Source of the DNA: Candidatus Heimdallarchaeota archaeon
GTDB lineage: Archaea; Asgardarchaeota; Heimdallarchaeia; JABLTI01
Direction: 5' to 3'
Length of the DNA stretch: 64,000 nt
Assembly (NCBI GenBank): GCA_018238155.1
Contig: JABCTZ010000025.1
Location: forward strand, 1 to 64,000
The notes beneath the pieces are model-generated. The model was given only the letters and a program-made list of their open reading frames with translations, did no database searches and was not told the origin of the DNA. Positions 9,609 through 19,402 of the stretch are shown here, in pieces (positions within the stretch are counted from its first letter, which is position 1; the number at the start of each line of letters is the position of its first letter). Both the position numbers and the translations under genes were made by a program.

Positions 9609-10190
9609 ATGAATGAAAATAATGGAAAAGAAGAAGAAATAGTTTTCGAATCGAAAACTATGGATTATTATGGAAACGAACTGCCCAAAAAGATCGCATT
9701 ATTTTTGCATAATTTAAATGCCTATTTTATTAAAAAACATTCATGGGATCCTAATGAACGATTAAGGGAAAGAAAAATAGGGGAGGAAAGGGAAGATAAT
9801 CGTGGCTATATTATTGAAGATGGGGGGATTGTCTATTTGTCATTATATGAGTCACACATCTGGGATATAGAAGAAATTCCTGAATTATATTCTTTGACTC
9901 AATTAAAACATCTTTGTTTAAATCGAAATAATATTTCAGAAATAAAAGGACTTGAGAAACTTATAAAACTTGAGAAATTATAGTTAGCTTATAATGATAT
10001 TTCAGAAATAAAAGGATTGGACACTTTAACTAATTTAGTGGAACTTAATATCTCCCATAATCAAATTAAGGAAAAAAAAGGATTGAATCATTTACTAAAA
10101 TTAAGAGATTTAGATATTCATTATAATCCTTTAAATAATTACCTAGTCAAACTTCCTGGATGTTTTTGGTGTCGATATGAGCTTGAATGA
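9609..10190 (+). pseudogene. SDS22-like leucine-rich-repeat protein interrupted by one in-frame TAG (9981-9983)
   Basis: The frame continues through the stop: LEKL*LAYNDISEIKGLDTLTNLVELNISHNQIKEKKGLNHLLKLRDLDIHYNPL...ELE* (TGA 10188-10190). Confidence 0.8.
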
Positions 10191-10423
10191 TTTGTTTAAC
10201 GATGTAAGTTAGAAACACTTATCCATTATCATTTGAATTAAAAGAAATTTCAAATGAAGTTAAATACAAAAAATAATTCATAATAAAATTTCTTAAAATT
10301 GCAGAAAGAGAATGCAATATAAACTAATAAGCATAAACTATATTGCTAGATTTAAATAGTTCCGACAAAATAATCAGTATCATAATACAAGTTGTCATTA
10401 ATTAGTTAGGTGAATGTATACAA

Positions 10424-11647
10424 ATGTCTAAACCAAAATTAGAATCAAAAGTAATTGTCTTAGGATTATCACAGTCAGGGAAAACATCAATACGACAAGT
10501 CATATTTGAAGGATTTGCACCGGATTCAACTGCTCTAAATCCTGCAACGGTAAGAATAAACAGAAAATTGTTTAGTTTAGCTGGAGGAGGTATAAATCTG
10601 TTTGATATCGGGGGTCAAACATCATATCTCAATGAAGTTTTTGATCAATACAAAGAAAGAACCTTTACTGATGTAAAAGCAGCCATTTTTGTTGTTGATG
10701 TTTCTGATGCCGCAAATATTATGCGTTCAAAGTATTATTTTGATTTAACGCTCAAAAATCTTGCATTATTAAGTAAAAAGTCGCGTATCTACATTTTTGC
10801 TCATAAAATGGACGTAGTCCAACTGAATAAAAGAGCAGTAATGGTTGAGTCAATAGGTGAAATTTTTGAAACAGACAATTATGACAATGTAAGCATTTAT
10901 GGAACGTCTATCTTTGATCAAACAATTTGGGATGCAATGCAAAAGGTTCTTTCATTTGTTTATCCTAGAGATGATAGTAAAACAAAGAGTATCAAAGATA
11001 TTGTAGGAAAATTCTCATTAGAATTTCTAGCTCTTTCAACTTCACAAGGATTGGTTCTTTATTCCGAACCCGAAGTTGATACCGGAGTTAATTATTCTAG
11101 ATTGAAAAATGAGATAACAAAAGCTTATTTTCCAAATAGTTATTTGAATCAAGCAATATTTAGTATTGGGGGATTTAACGCTTTTATGAAAGAATTAGAT
11201 GAAAACTTAGTTATAACAACAGTATTCGCATCAGATCATACAATACTTCAATCTCAAAAATCCTTTACTCAGTTATCTGAACAAATTAGAACATTATTCA
11301 AGCCAGATGAACTTTTAGGTCGAGCTAAAATTAAAATGAAAACAAATTTAGAGGAACATCTTAAGAAGAATGGTTTAAAGAATGTTCAAGACCTTGATAG
11401 AAAAATTGATGCAAAAATAAGTATCAAGTGTGATGTTTGTGGTAAACAAATACAAAAATCGTTATTGGATGTTGCACTAGAAAATTCAGAGCAAATAGAA
11501 AGAGGTATGAAAATTTCTGCTGGTTTTGGAGTTTCTACAATTGAAATGTATCCGCTACACGATTGTATTGAAGGTATACGTGAAATACCAGTAATATTAG
11601 ATGGTAATTTAGAATATCGTCGATATGATAAAAGCAGACCAATCTAA
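10424..11647 (+). CDS. Rag/Gtr-type small GTPase + roadblock-like domain + C-terminal Cys/His (zinc-binding-like) domain
   Basis: G1 GLSQSGKTS, G2 PAT, G3 DIGGQ, G4 HKMD, G5 TSIFD; LEFLALSTSQGLVLYS roadblock-like; CDVC...HDC. Confidence 0.88.
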   Translation: MSKPKLESKVIVLGLSQSGKTSIRQVIFEGFAPDSTALNPATVRINRKLFSLAGGGINLFDIGGQTSYLNEVFDQYKERTFTDVKAAIFVVDVSDAANIMRSKYYFDLTLKNLALLSKKSRIYIFAHKMDVVQLNKRAVMVESIGEIFETDNYDNVSIYGTSIFDQTIWDAMQKVLSFVYPRDDSKTKSIKDIVGKFSLEFLALSTSQGLVLYSEPEVDTGVNYSRLKNEITKAYFPNSYLNQAIFSIGGFNAFMKELDENLVITTVFASDHTILQSQKSFTQLSEQIRTLFKPDELLGRAKIKMKTNLEEHLKKNGLKNVQDLDRKIDAKISIKCDVCGKQIQKSLLDVALENSEQIERGMKISAGFGVSTIEMYPLHDCIEGIREIPVILDGNLEYRRYDKSRPI

Positions 11648-11719
11648 TTAATGAGCAAAATTAGTTAACTGTTCAAATCAAAATTTGGTTTTGATTATGA
11701 ATAGGTTAATCTCTTTTTA

Positions 11720-13465
11720 TTATTGTTCCTTATTTTCTTCGGAAGATTTTTGTTGCACTAAAAATTCTACTAGTCTTTTTACATCACTCTTTGAAAGAGT
11801 GAGTTTTTCTTCTGAATCTCCTTCTAAATTTGAAGCTAATAATTCAATCTGTTTTACATTGTATCTTTTTCTCTCTTCTTTCAAACGGTCCATGAAACCC
11901 TTTTTCACTGGTTTTAAGATTTTATCTGTTTTTAGAACCGCTTCTTTTACTTCCTCTTCAATTGCTATTTTGTGCTCATCAGGTTTATCTGTAACAAGTT
12001 CTTGAATGGGTTCTTCTACTACTACAGTTTCATTAATTTCAGCTATTGATTCTGTAACAGGCAGACTAATTTTCTCTTGTACTTCTGTTGGTGTTTCAGT
12101 CACTAGGGGAGCTATCGGTCCAGTTTTTGGTTTTGGTTCATCTAAATGTACTTGTATAGGTTCTGTTGGAGTGCTTTTGAGCTCATCCTTTAGTTTATTT
12201 AAGAATGTGAAACTACTCGTCTCAGCTACGACTTCAGCTTGTGCTACTTTTAGTTTCGGTATTTTCTTATCAGCTTTCGATTTAGGTGCTTTAACAGTAA
12301 CTTCCTTAGCTTCAGAAGGAACAGCAGGTAGATTAATGTTATCTATGGGAGCTTGCGGTGTTTCATCAGTAGATTGAGCAAATTTACGAATTAATTCATA
12401 AAATATCCTAGTTTTATCTTCGGTAATTGCTGAAAATGAAGTAATGAGTAAAATATTTTTATCAAGATTGAAAACCATTGCATTAACTTTGTTATTTGAA
12501 GAAGTAATTATTGATGCAGTAGTGCTTTCACTTATTTCTTTTTTCTCTTTTATAATCGTTTTAAATTCTTGTAATGCAGAAATATAATCTATTGATTTCT
12601 CAGAACTCACAGCTCCTTTTGAGGAGGTTCCAACAACAGGTGAAAAAGTTTCACGGTCAATTAAAACGATTTCAACAATATCATATTCAGATAGATCAAA
12701 ATTAATAGCCATTTTACCAAAGGTGGGTAATGTTGCTTGTGGTTCTGGATTAAGAAACTCCATTAATTGTTTAATTCTGGGATCTTCTTCATGTTCCATA
12801 ACGTAGCTCTGAAATTCATCACTTTCCTCTATTTTTTGACCTATATTGGTAATTAATTCAAAACGTTTTGAGTTCATATTCACTTCATTCATTAAGGTAA
12901 AAATCAATTCTTTCAAGCTCTCGGCATAATAAATACTGGAGGGTTCGAATCGAATATTGTACTTGTTCTCATCAAAGGTATCAGCTACGTGTCCGAGTAA
13001 TGGCACTAATTCTTCTGGAGGAATTAAATCTACTTTATGGCAAAGAACTGTAATAATACCTTCGGGATTTTCTTTCTTAAATTGGCGAATAGTAAAACTA
13101 AATCTTCGTTCCGATTCCTCAAATAGATTTGGACGAGTCATATCGATTATCCAAAAGAGAATTTTTACATTGGAGAAAACTAGATGCCTAAAATGAGTTA
13201 CAGCTTCGTTCCAGTAATTTTCTTGTCCACCAGAATCGATAATTAAATTGGTCTTTTCTTCATCTATATATTGACGTTCATAGTGGACTGTAGCCATGTA
13301 ATCTTCAACTTCACCAGGTTTTTTACCAAAAAAGACTACATCTTTGATAGCAGTTTTTCCTGCTTGTTGAAGACCCATGAAAAGTATTTTATCTTCTACT
13401 TTTACATCAGAGTCATCAGATTTTAATTCGTCAAATAGATAAGACATTAACATCACTAGTTTCAA
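11720..13465 (-). CDS. Rag/Gtr-type small GTPase + roadblock-like domain + long Pro/Glu/Lys-rich disordered tail; likely start ATG 13447
   Basis: G1 GLQQAGKTA, G2 MAT, G3 DSGGQ, G4 HKVD, G5 SSIY; IVEIVLIDRETFSPVVGT roadblock-like segment. Confidence 0.88.
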   Translation of the reverse strand: MKLVMLMSYLFDELKSDDSDVKVEDKILFMGLQQAGKTAIKDVVFFGKKPGEVEDYMATVHYERQYIDEEKTNLIIDSGGQENYWNEAVTHFRHLVFSNVKILFWIIDMTRPNLFEESERRFSFTIRQFKKENPEGIITVLCHKVDLIPPEELVPLLGHVADTFDENKYNIRFEPSSIYYAESLKELIFTLMNEVNMNSKRFELITNIGQKIEESDEFQSYVMEHEEDPRIKQLMEFLNPEPQATLPTFGKMAINFDLSEYDIVEIVLIDRETFSPVVGTSSKGAVSSEKSIDYISALQEFKTIIKEKKEISESTTASIITSSNNKVNAMVFNLDKNILLITSFSAITEDKTRIFYELIRKFAQSTDETPQAPIDNINLPAVPSEAKEVTVKAPKSKADKKIPKLKVAQAEVVAETSSFTFLNKLKDELKSTPTEPIQVHLDEPKPKTGPIAPLVTETPTEVQEKISLPVTESIAEINETVVVEEPIQELVTDKPDEHKIAIEEEVKEAVLKTDKILKPVKKGFMDRLKEERKRYNVKQIELLASNLEGDSEEKLTLSKSDVKRLVEFLVQQKSSEENKEQ

Positions 13466-13533
13466 TATTTCTTTACGTGTAGTTTAGGCAGTAAAATTGA
13501 AATATCAATGTTACTATCGCGTCAATTTTGTGA

Positions 13534-16500
13534 TTATTGATATTGCTTATTTTCCTCTTTGCTTTTCTTTAAGTTATTTTTAGCGGCTATCATAATAATA
13601 ACAGAACGTCTGCGAATCTTTTCTAAGAGAACTTTAATTTCTGTTAGGGTTTTCTTTTCTTTCAGAGCAAGAATAAGTTCATCTATTTCTACAAACATAA
13701 ATTCCTGATTTGAAAGCATTAAGCCTCCAACAGTTGTATCTGCAAGAATAATTAAAGAAAGGTTTTCAAATCCGCCTCTGGCGTTTTTATTTTCTAATTG
13801 AATACCATGAATGAAAGCAATCATATCTTCATTTGGTAAATTAATTGAACCAATCCTTCTTTTCTCATCATGTTCTTCAAATCCTAAGGAGGAGTATGCT
13901 TGATCTGATATTTTCAGTAAGAAATTATCAACACCAATACGCATTCTTCGACTATATTCAGGTTGTTCGAGTGAATGATCCATAATTAATGGTACAGGTC
14001 CTTTAGCTTGGTCAAATAAAGATAAGATAACACCGGGAGAAACTTTCTCAAAATAATCATCGATTTCTTGTTCTGAGACTTTTTCCATTAGCTCCTCAAA
14101 TGGTCTTGCTCTGACAAGACGATAAATAACGAAGCTCATCACTATTGTAAAAAGAAGGCTTCCGGCAATAATCATAATAAGTATATGAATAGGTAGACCT
14201 GCAGGGTCAATGATGAAAACGTTTTCAGTATATTCTGTTCCTAATGGATCATATATATCACTACCACTATAGCTCACAAAAATAACTACATAATCCATTT
14301 CTTCAGTCATTTCAAAGGAAGTTTGGGCTAGTCCATTTGCATCAGTTGTTGTTGTTTTATTGATTAAATCATTGTATGCTGTTGGTATTTCTGTTGCAGT
14401 TGCAACATCTTTGTAAACAATATAAATACTGAAAGTGATATCTTGAAATGCTACTGGAGTACCATCTGCTCTAAATAGTTCTGCGTAAATGACTAAATCG
14501 TTCCCATAAACTATTTCACTACTCGAGACATTAACACTTAAAATAATTGGCACTGGCAAAATTGTGGCAGAAAGCGATGAGGTATCATTCATAATACCAA
14601 AATAGAAATTTGATTCTATGTATATTTCAAATAAATGATTACCTTTTGCAGATATGAAATCAGCAGAATTGAATGTTATTTCATAAATAAAATTGACCGC
14701 ATCAGTCAATACATATGAGATATCTTGGTAATTATTATTAACTGAGACAAAAGTAAAGGCTTGAGCAGAAGAATTTGTATTGTCAAATAGTTTGAGTGAT
14801 ATTGAAATATCTTCACCATAAACAACATTTGTTGTAGAATCAAGAATAAGGAGATTACCTTCCCCTCTTTGTATTAGTAAATTAATCGTAACAGATTGTT
14901 TATGATCACCAAATTGCCAAAATTGGAATTCAATGTATTTGTAAGTATTATCTGTCACATTTGTTGCATCAATTCTAAATTCATAGGAAGTGGAATTTAG
15001 CTGTGTCTGTGTTACTCCTAAATTGAGACTAGTATCTTCTTCAATATATGCCAATGTTAAGCCATTTATAACAGTATTATTTACGGTATCTCTTACATCA
15101 ACTGAAAATGTAAACGATTCTCCGTACTTCATGACGTAATAATAGTCATCAGAGAAATCTCCGGGAGTAAGATAATTTATTTCTATATCATCCACGGTAA
15201 AAACATATTTGGCTACTATTGTATTTGTATACAGTCCACCACCTGTATCATCCTCTAATTCAATATAAAGAACATGAACACCGTCAAGTGATGGAACAAT
15301 GATATCATATGGAGCTGTCAATGTTTGAGAATCATTATCGGCATCCCATCGAAAACTAAATTCTTGCAAATCAGCTGAGAGTACATTGAAATCAAGGAGA
15401 GTATTTCCTCTGATATATGTATCATTATCTACTCCTACTAAAGCATAATTTGGTGCATCAAAATCTAGAAAGAATTTGTACACAATTGTATGCGAATTTC
15501 CTACAATATCTTCAGTGAAGATTGTTATCGTAGCTTCTAATTCATCTTGATATAGGAAACTCAATGTAGCAGTAAATTCAGCATTTTCTGGAGAAGATGA
15601 ACCTTCAAGATTCCACTGTGAAGTAATTGTATCAATTGTTTCTTCAGAAAGATCTTCTATCTTGAAATTTAGAGGAGTGTATTCATTAATTTTCGAGTTA
15701 TTTTGTATAAAATTAAGTGAAACGGTAGGATGAGTATTATCAATGGTTATTGTCAATGTTTCTAATGCATCATTACCTAAAGTATCATTTGAATAAATAA
15801 TTAATATAGCTGTTCCTTCAATTGAAGGTAGAGTAAAGCTACTAACAAATAAAGTATAACTTGAATCATTCCATGAATAATAATTATTGAATGTTGGATC
15901 TGTATCGGTAATTATACACGTTACATCAGAGTTTGCAGGCACATAATTTGTACTATCCGGTAAAGTAGCTAAACCACTTATACTTGAGATTGTTATAACA
16001 GGAGCTGAAATATCGATAGTAAATTCAATATAATATCTAAAATAGTTTCCTGCGATATCAAAAGCAACGATTGTTAGATTATGTTGACCTTCAGATAATA
16101 AGCTAAGATAATAATCTAATGGTTGAGAAAAGGTTTGATTGTTTTCGTTATTTAATGAGATATAGATTTCCATATCTTCAGTTGAAGTCCAATTATCAGC
16201 TATTATAAATGATAATACAGTATTATCTAAAAATCTAGATTGATTATAGCTCGGTCCTGCATCTGCCTGAATAATTGTAGGTGCTTTTTTATCCACTGTA
16301 AATACGAATACAAATTCGTTGAGAATATCTACCGCATCAAAAACCCATACAGTTAAACTATATGTACCGGCATTTGAGGAGAGTGCATCAATTCCAGATA
16401 ATGTTAAGATATAATTTCCATCAGGAAATCCATCTTTTGGTGCATTATTTCCCCAGAAATATTTAACCGTACCATTATCATTGATTATTGTTATTTCAAC

Positions 16501-18231
16501 ATTATCTCCACCCATATAATATGAACCATTTACCATATTTGTTAATTCAACAAGTAGATAAGTAGTATTAGTATAAAATGAATAGATTTGAGAGTTATCA
16601 TGACCAAATGTGTCATTAGCATATACAGTTAGATTATGCCAACCTTCTGATGTTGGCAATGTAGTTCTCCAAACATTGCCAGAAACTTTAGTTGTCCAAT
16701 CCACAAAACTATCACTATCCCATTTGTATAAAACATCAATATCTGATTCATCAGATATTTCGACATCAATATTCTTACCTAATGGTTGTTGAGTATTATT
16801 AACAACATTGTCTAAACCAATTATTGGTGCTGAATTATCAAAGTTGAAGTAGTAAATTGTGTATTTTGTTCCAAAGAAGCTATCCGTTCGAATGGTTAAA
16901 TTATAAATACCATCATATCCTTCATTTACAACAAAGTCAAATGGAGCTTCTAAAAGTGAATAGACACTATCAGTTTGCCATTTGAAAAAGGCAAAATCAA
17001 CACCTTCAGAAATGGTGAAATTAAGCATTTGTCCATCTGAAATCAAAGAGTTATTGGATGGTGACTCCAAAATAACGTCATCTCCCGTTGGATCATAACC
17101 AACAACAAAAGTTACTTGGGCAGTGTTTTCGAATAAATCTTCTGATTCAATTACTAAGGTATGCCAACCTATTGTCTCTGGAAGAGAAACTATTGTTGAT
17201 GTACCAAAGGTTTCAATTGGCTCAGTATTCCATTGATATTGATCTGAGACAGATCCTATGACAGATATTGTTGCATTGGTTGCTTCATAATAAATAGTGT
17301 TATTTGTAAAGCCTGTAATATCAATTGTTGGATATTTCTCTTGGTACCCATATAGCTGCATGCCAAATGATTCTGTATAGTCATCTATATGATAGCTATT
17401 ATCATATGTATTATTGGAATCATCTATTGTCCAATCAAAGTCATATTTGTAATTACCAGATCTAAGCTCAATGTTGTTATCACTTCCAGATACATAGGAA
17501 GGACCCCACAAACTCGATTCATAAGTTATTCGTAACCTATACCCTGCTGGAAGTAGAGTAGTGTTTGCCAATTCAAAATTAAATAAACGTTGCCCATCAT
17601 CAATGTATCCTTCTGTAGAACCCAAGAAAACAGTTTGACCGGTATTTGGATTGAATCGATCCATGGTAATTCGTAATTCCCACCAATTTTCTGCAGAAGG
17701 ATAAACGTCACAATGTACTTTAAAGAAGACTTTTCCTTGGAGGTATGTGTCAACAGTATATGTGGGAGTAAAAATAGTTGAGTTAATATTCTCACCGTTA
17801 ATTAGATTATTACTTCGTAATTGTCCCCATGTGTCTAATGGATGCCAGAATGTGCTTGCATCAGAAGAACGATTATATTGTCTAAATCTAGCATAGTCAA
17901 AATCTGCTGCAGAATCTTTTACATCAGCAAAGAGTTCCCACTCGAAAACATTGCCGTTTTCATCTAAATCAACATATTTGTCTTGAGTGAAGAATCCTAA
18001 TGTTTTATAATTACCCGGGGTTTCAACATCATTTTCAATAATTGCTGCTGGACCAAAAGAAACATCATTTGAATCATCAGGTAGTGCTAGAGGTTGAATA
18101 GCTGAAACTGTTTCATTGTATACTCCTTCACTAGAAATTTCAGAATAATAATATAATGAACTAATGCTTAAAATCACTAATATAATACTTATAATTCTGG
18201 TTTTATTTTTAATCAACATATTTAACCTCAT
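13534..18231 (-). CDS. Large single-pass surface protein: Ig-like repeats, TM (~aa 1346-1370), cytoplasmic FLCN/SMCR8-like longin (uDENN) domain
   Basis: Signal peptide; repeated GWHNLTVYANDTFGH / D..P-I Ig-like units; TM; cytosolic ILSLFDQAKGPVP...NARGGFENLSLIIL. Confidence 0.8.
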   Translation of the reverse strand: MRLNMLIKNKTRIISIILVILSISSLYYYSEISSEGVYNETVSAIQPLALPDDSNDVSFGPAAIIENDVETPGNYKTLGFFTQDKYVDLDENGNVFEWELFADVKDSAADFDYARFRQYNRSSDASTFWHPLDTWGQLRSNNLINGENINSTIFTPTYTVDTYLQGKVFFKVHCDVYPSAENWWELRITMDRFNPNTGQTVFLGSTEGYIDDGQRLFNFELANTTLLPAGYRLRITYESSLWGPSYVSGSDNNIELRSGNYKYDFDWTIDDSNNTYDNSYHIDDYTESFGMQLYGYQEKYPTIDITGFTNNTIYYEATNATISVIGSVSDQYQWNTEPIETFGTSTIVSLPETIGWHTLVIESEDLFENTAQVTFVVGYDPTGDDVILESPSNNSLISDGQMLNFTISEGVDFAFFKWQTDSVYSLLEAPFDFVVNEGYDGIYNLTIRTDSFFGTKYTIYYFNFDNSAPIIGLDNVVNNTQQPLGKNIDVEISDESDIDVLYKWDSDSFVDWTTKVSGNVWRTTLPTSEGWHNLTVYANDTFGHDNSQIYSFYTNTTYLLVELTNMVNGSYYMGGDNVEITIINDNGTVKYFWGNNAPKDGFPDGNYILTLSGIDALSSNAGTYSLTVWVFDAVDILNEFVFVFTVDKKAPTIIQADAGPSYNQSRFLDNTVLSFIIADNWTSTEDMEIYISLNNENNQTFSQPLDYYLSLLSEGQHNLTIVAFDIAGNYFRYYIEFTIDISAPVITISSISGLATLPDSTNYVPANSDVTCIITDTDPTFNNYYSWNDSSYTLFVSSFTLPSIEGTAILIIYSNDTLGNDALETLTITIDNTHPTVSLNFIQNNSKINEYTPLNFKIEDLSEETIDTITSQWNLEGSSSPENAEFTATLSFLYQDELEATITIFTEDIVGNSHTIVYKFFLDFDAPNYALVGVDNDTYIRGNTLLDFNVLSADLQEFSFRWDADNDSQTLTAPYDIIVPSLDGVHVLYIELEDDTGGGLYTNTIVAKYVFTVDDIEINYLTPGDFSDDYYYVMKYGESFTFSVDVRDTVNNTVINGLTLAYIEEDTSLNLGVTQTQLNSTSYEFRIDATNVTDNTYKYIEFQFWQFGDHKQSVTINLLIQRGEGNLLILDSTTNVVYGEDISISLKLFDNTNSSAQAFTFVSVNNNYQDISYVLTDAVNFIYEITFNSADFISAKGNHLFEIYIESNFYFGIMNDTSSLSATILPVPIILSVNVSSSEIVYGNDLVIYAELFRADGTPVAFQDITFSIYIVYKDVATATEIPTAYNDLINKTTTTDANGLAQTSFEMTEEMDYVVIFVSYSGSDIYDPLGTEYTENVFIIDPAGLPIHILIMIIAGSLLFTIVMSFVIYRLVRARPFEELMEKVSEQEIDDYFEKVSPGVILSLFDQAKGPVPLIMDHSLEQPEYSRRMRIGVDNFLLKISDQAYSSLGFEEHDEKRRIGSINLPNEDMIAFIHGIQLENKNARGGFENLSLIILADTTVGGLMLSNQEFMFVEIDELILALKEKKTLTEIKVLLEKIRRRSVIIMIAAKNNLKKSKEENKQYQ

Positions 18232-18397
18232 TCTATCTTTGTTTTAGTGCCTTGAATTTCTATTTAGGCATATGTATAATTGTTTATGAAACTATATATT
18301 CGCCATTTATTCACTATTCAAAGCATTCTTTTGGTTTAAACAGCATAACCATACTATTTCTTATCTTTAAATTTTAGCAATTAGGAAATAAATGGTA

Positions 18398-19132
18398 TTA
18401 TCCTAGATACTTTAGATTATTATTCTCAGAAACAAGTTGTTGAAGACTAAAAGCAGTTACAAAAGAAGTGTAAATAGCTTGTTTTAGATCATCTAGACCT
18501 TCATCAGATACATTAGACATTTTCACGGAATAGATATTATTTAAACTTACATCAATTCCTTTTTTATTCAAAATAAAACTCTTGACGAATACTTTTGCAC
18601 TTTCGATTTGTTCATCAGTAACAATTAAAGCGTCTTTTTGATCGAGATGCGTACCTAAAATGATGATACTAGTATATTCTTTTACCATATCTCTTTTCAT
18701 AGCACGATCTAACCAGTATTCTAATTCTTGAAATGTTTTGATATCTGTTAAATCAAAGGTCAGAACCAATGTTAATACTTGATTTATTGTGCTTACATTG
18801 AAATAAAAATCAACAGCATCTTCAAAAGCTAATCCGGCACCATACTTTGCTCGTCCCTTTTGACCTGGCATAATGAAAATTTGAGAACTAGTTGTTATTT
18901 GATATTCTTCAATATTCGAGTGAAAAATGAAATAATTAAATTCTAAATTAACTGATTTCTTTATATTAGCAATACTAGCAGGGAAACTTTCTTTTCTTTT
19001 AAAACTTGCCAAATTTAGAGCCGTATGTGTTTTTCCAGTATTACCATCACCTATGAAAACAACGCCACCAGTACATGTTATTTTGCTTTCGCGTAAACGT
19101 ATTAGCTTTGATATATCGTTTTCATCTGACAT
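18398..19132 (-). CDS. Divergent Ras-superfamily small GTPase
   Basis: G1 GDGNTGKT; G3 is IMPGQ (Asp missing); LTFDLTDIKTFQELEYWL; G4 THLD; G5 SNV. Confidence 0.8.
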   Translation of the reverse strand: MSDENDISKLIRLRESKITCTGGVVFIGDGNTGKTHTALNLASFKRKESFPASIANIKKSVNLEFNYFIFHSNIEEYQITTSSQIFIMPGQKGRAKYGAGLAFEDAVDFYFNVSTINQVLTLVLTFDLTDIKTFQELEYWLDRAMKRDMVKEYTSIIILGTHLDQKDALIVTDEQIESAKVFVKSFILNKKGIDVSLNNIYSVKMSNVSDEGLDDLKQAIYTSFVTAFSLQQLVSENNNLKYLG

Positions 19133-19402
19133 CTGGTATACTATACTCCGAAAATATCTATTTAGCTTTCATGTTAAATTAGTATATTAACTATATTACA
19201 TGCGTCAATTCAAATTGGAAAAACGATTTATTTATCTTTCTCATTAGGCACATTTAGACAAAAATAATTTTTTAATGACCGTTTTTATTAGTAATTTTAA
19301 CATTTAGTGCGATATGGTGTAGAATAAAAATTGACTTTTTGCTAATATTCAAAGATATATTATCGCAATAAAACTTTAAAATGCCTTAATTATGTTCAAA
19401 TT

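Noticed and set aside
5182-19132. Calling the cluster a true TORC1 pathway
   Set aside because: No TOR kinase, Raptor or Rheb is visible; only the GTPase/longin/roadblock layer is supported.
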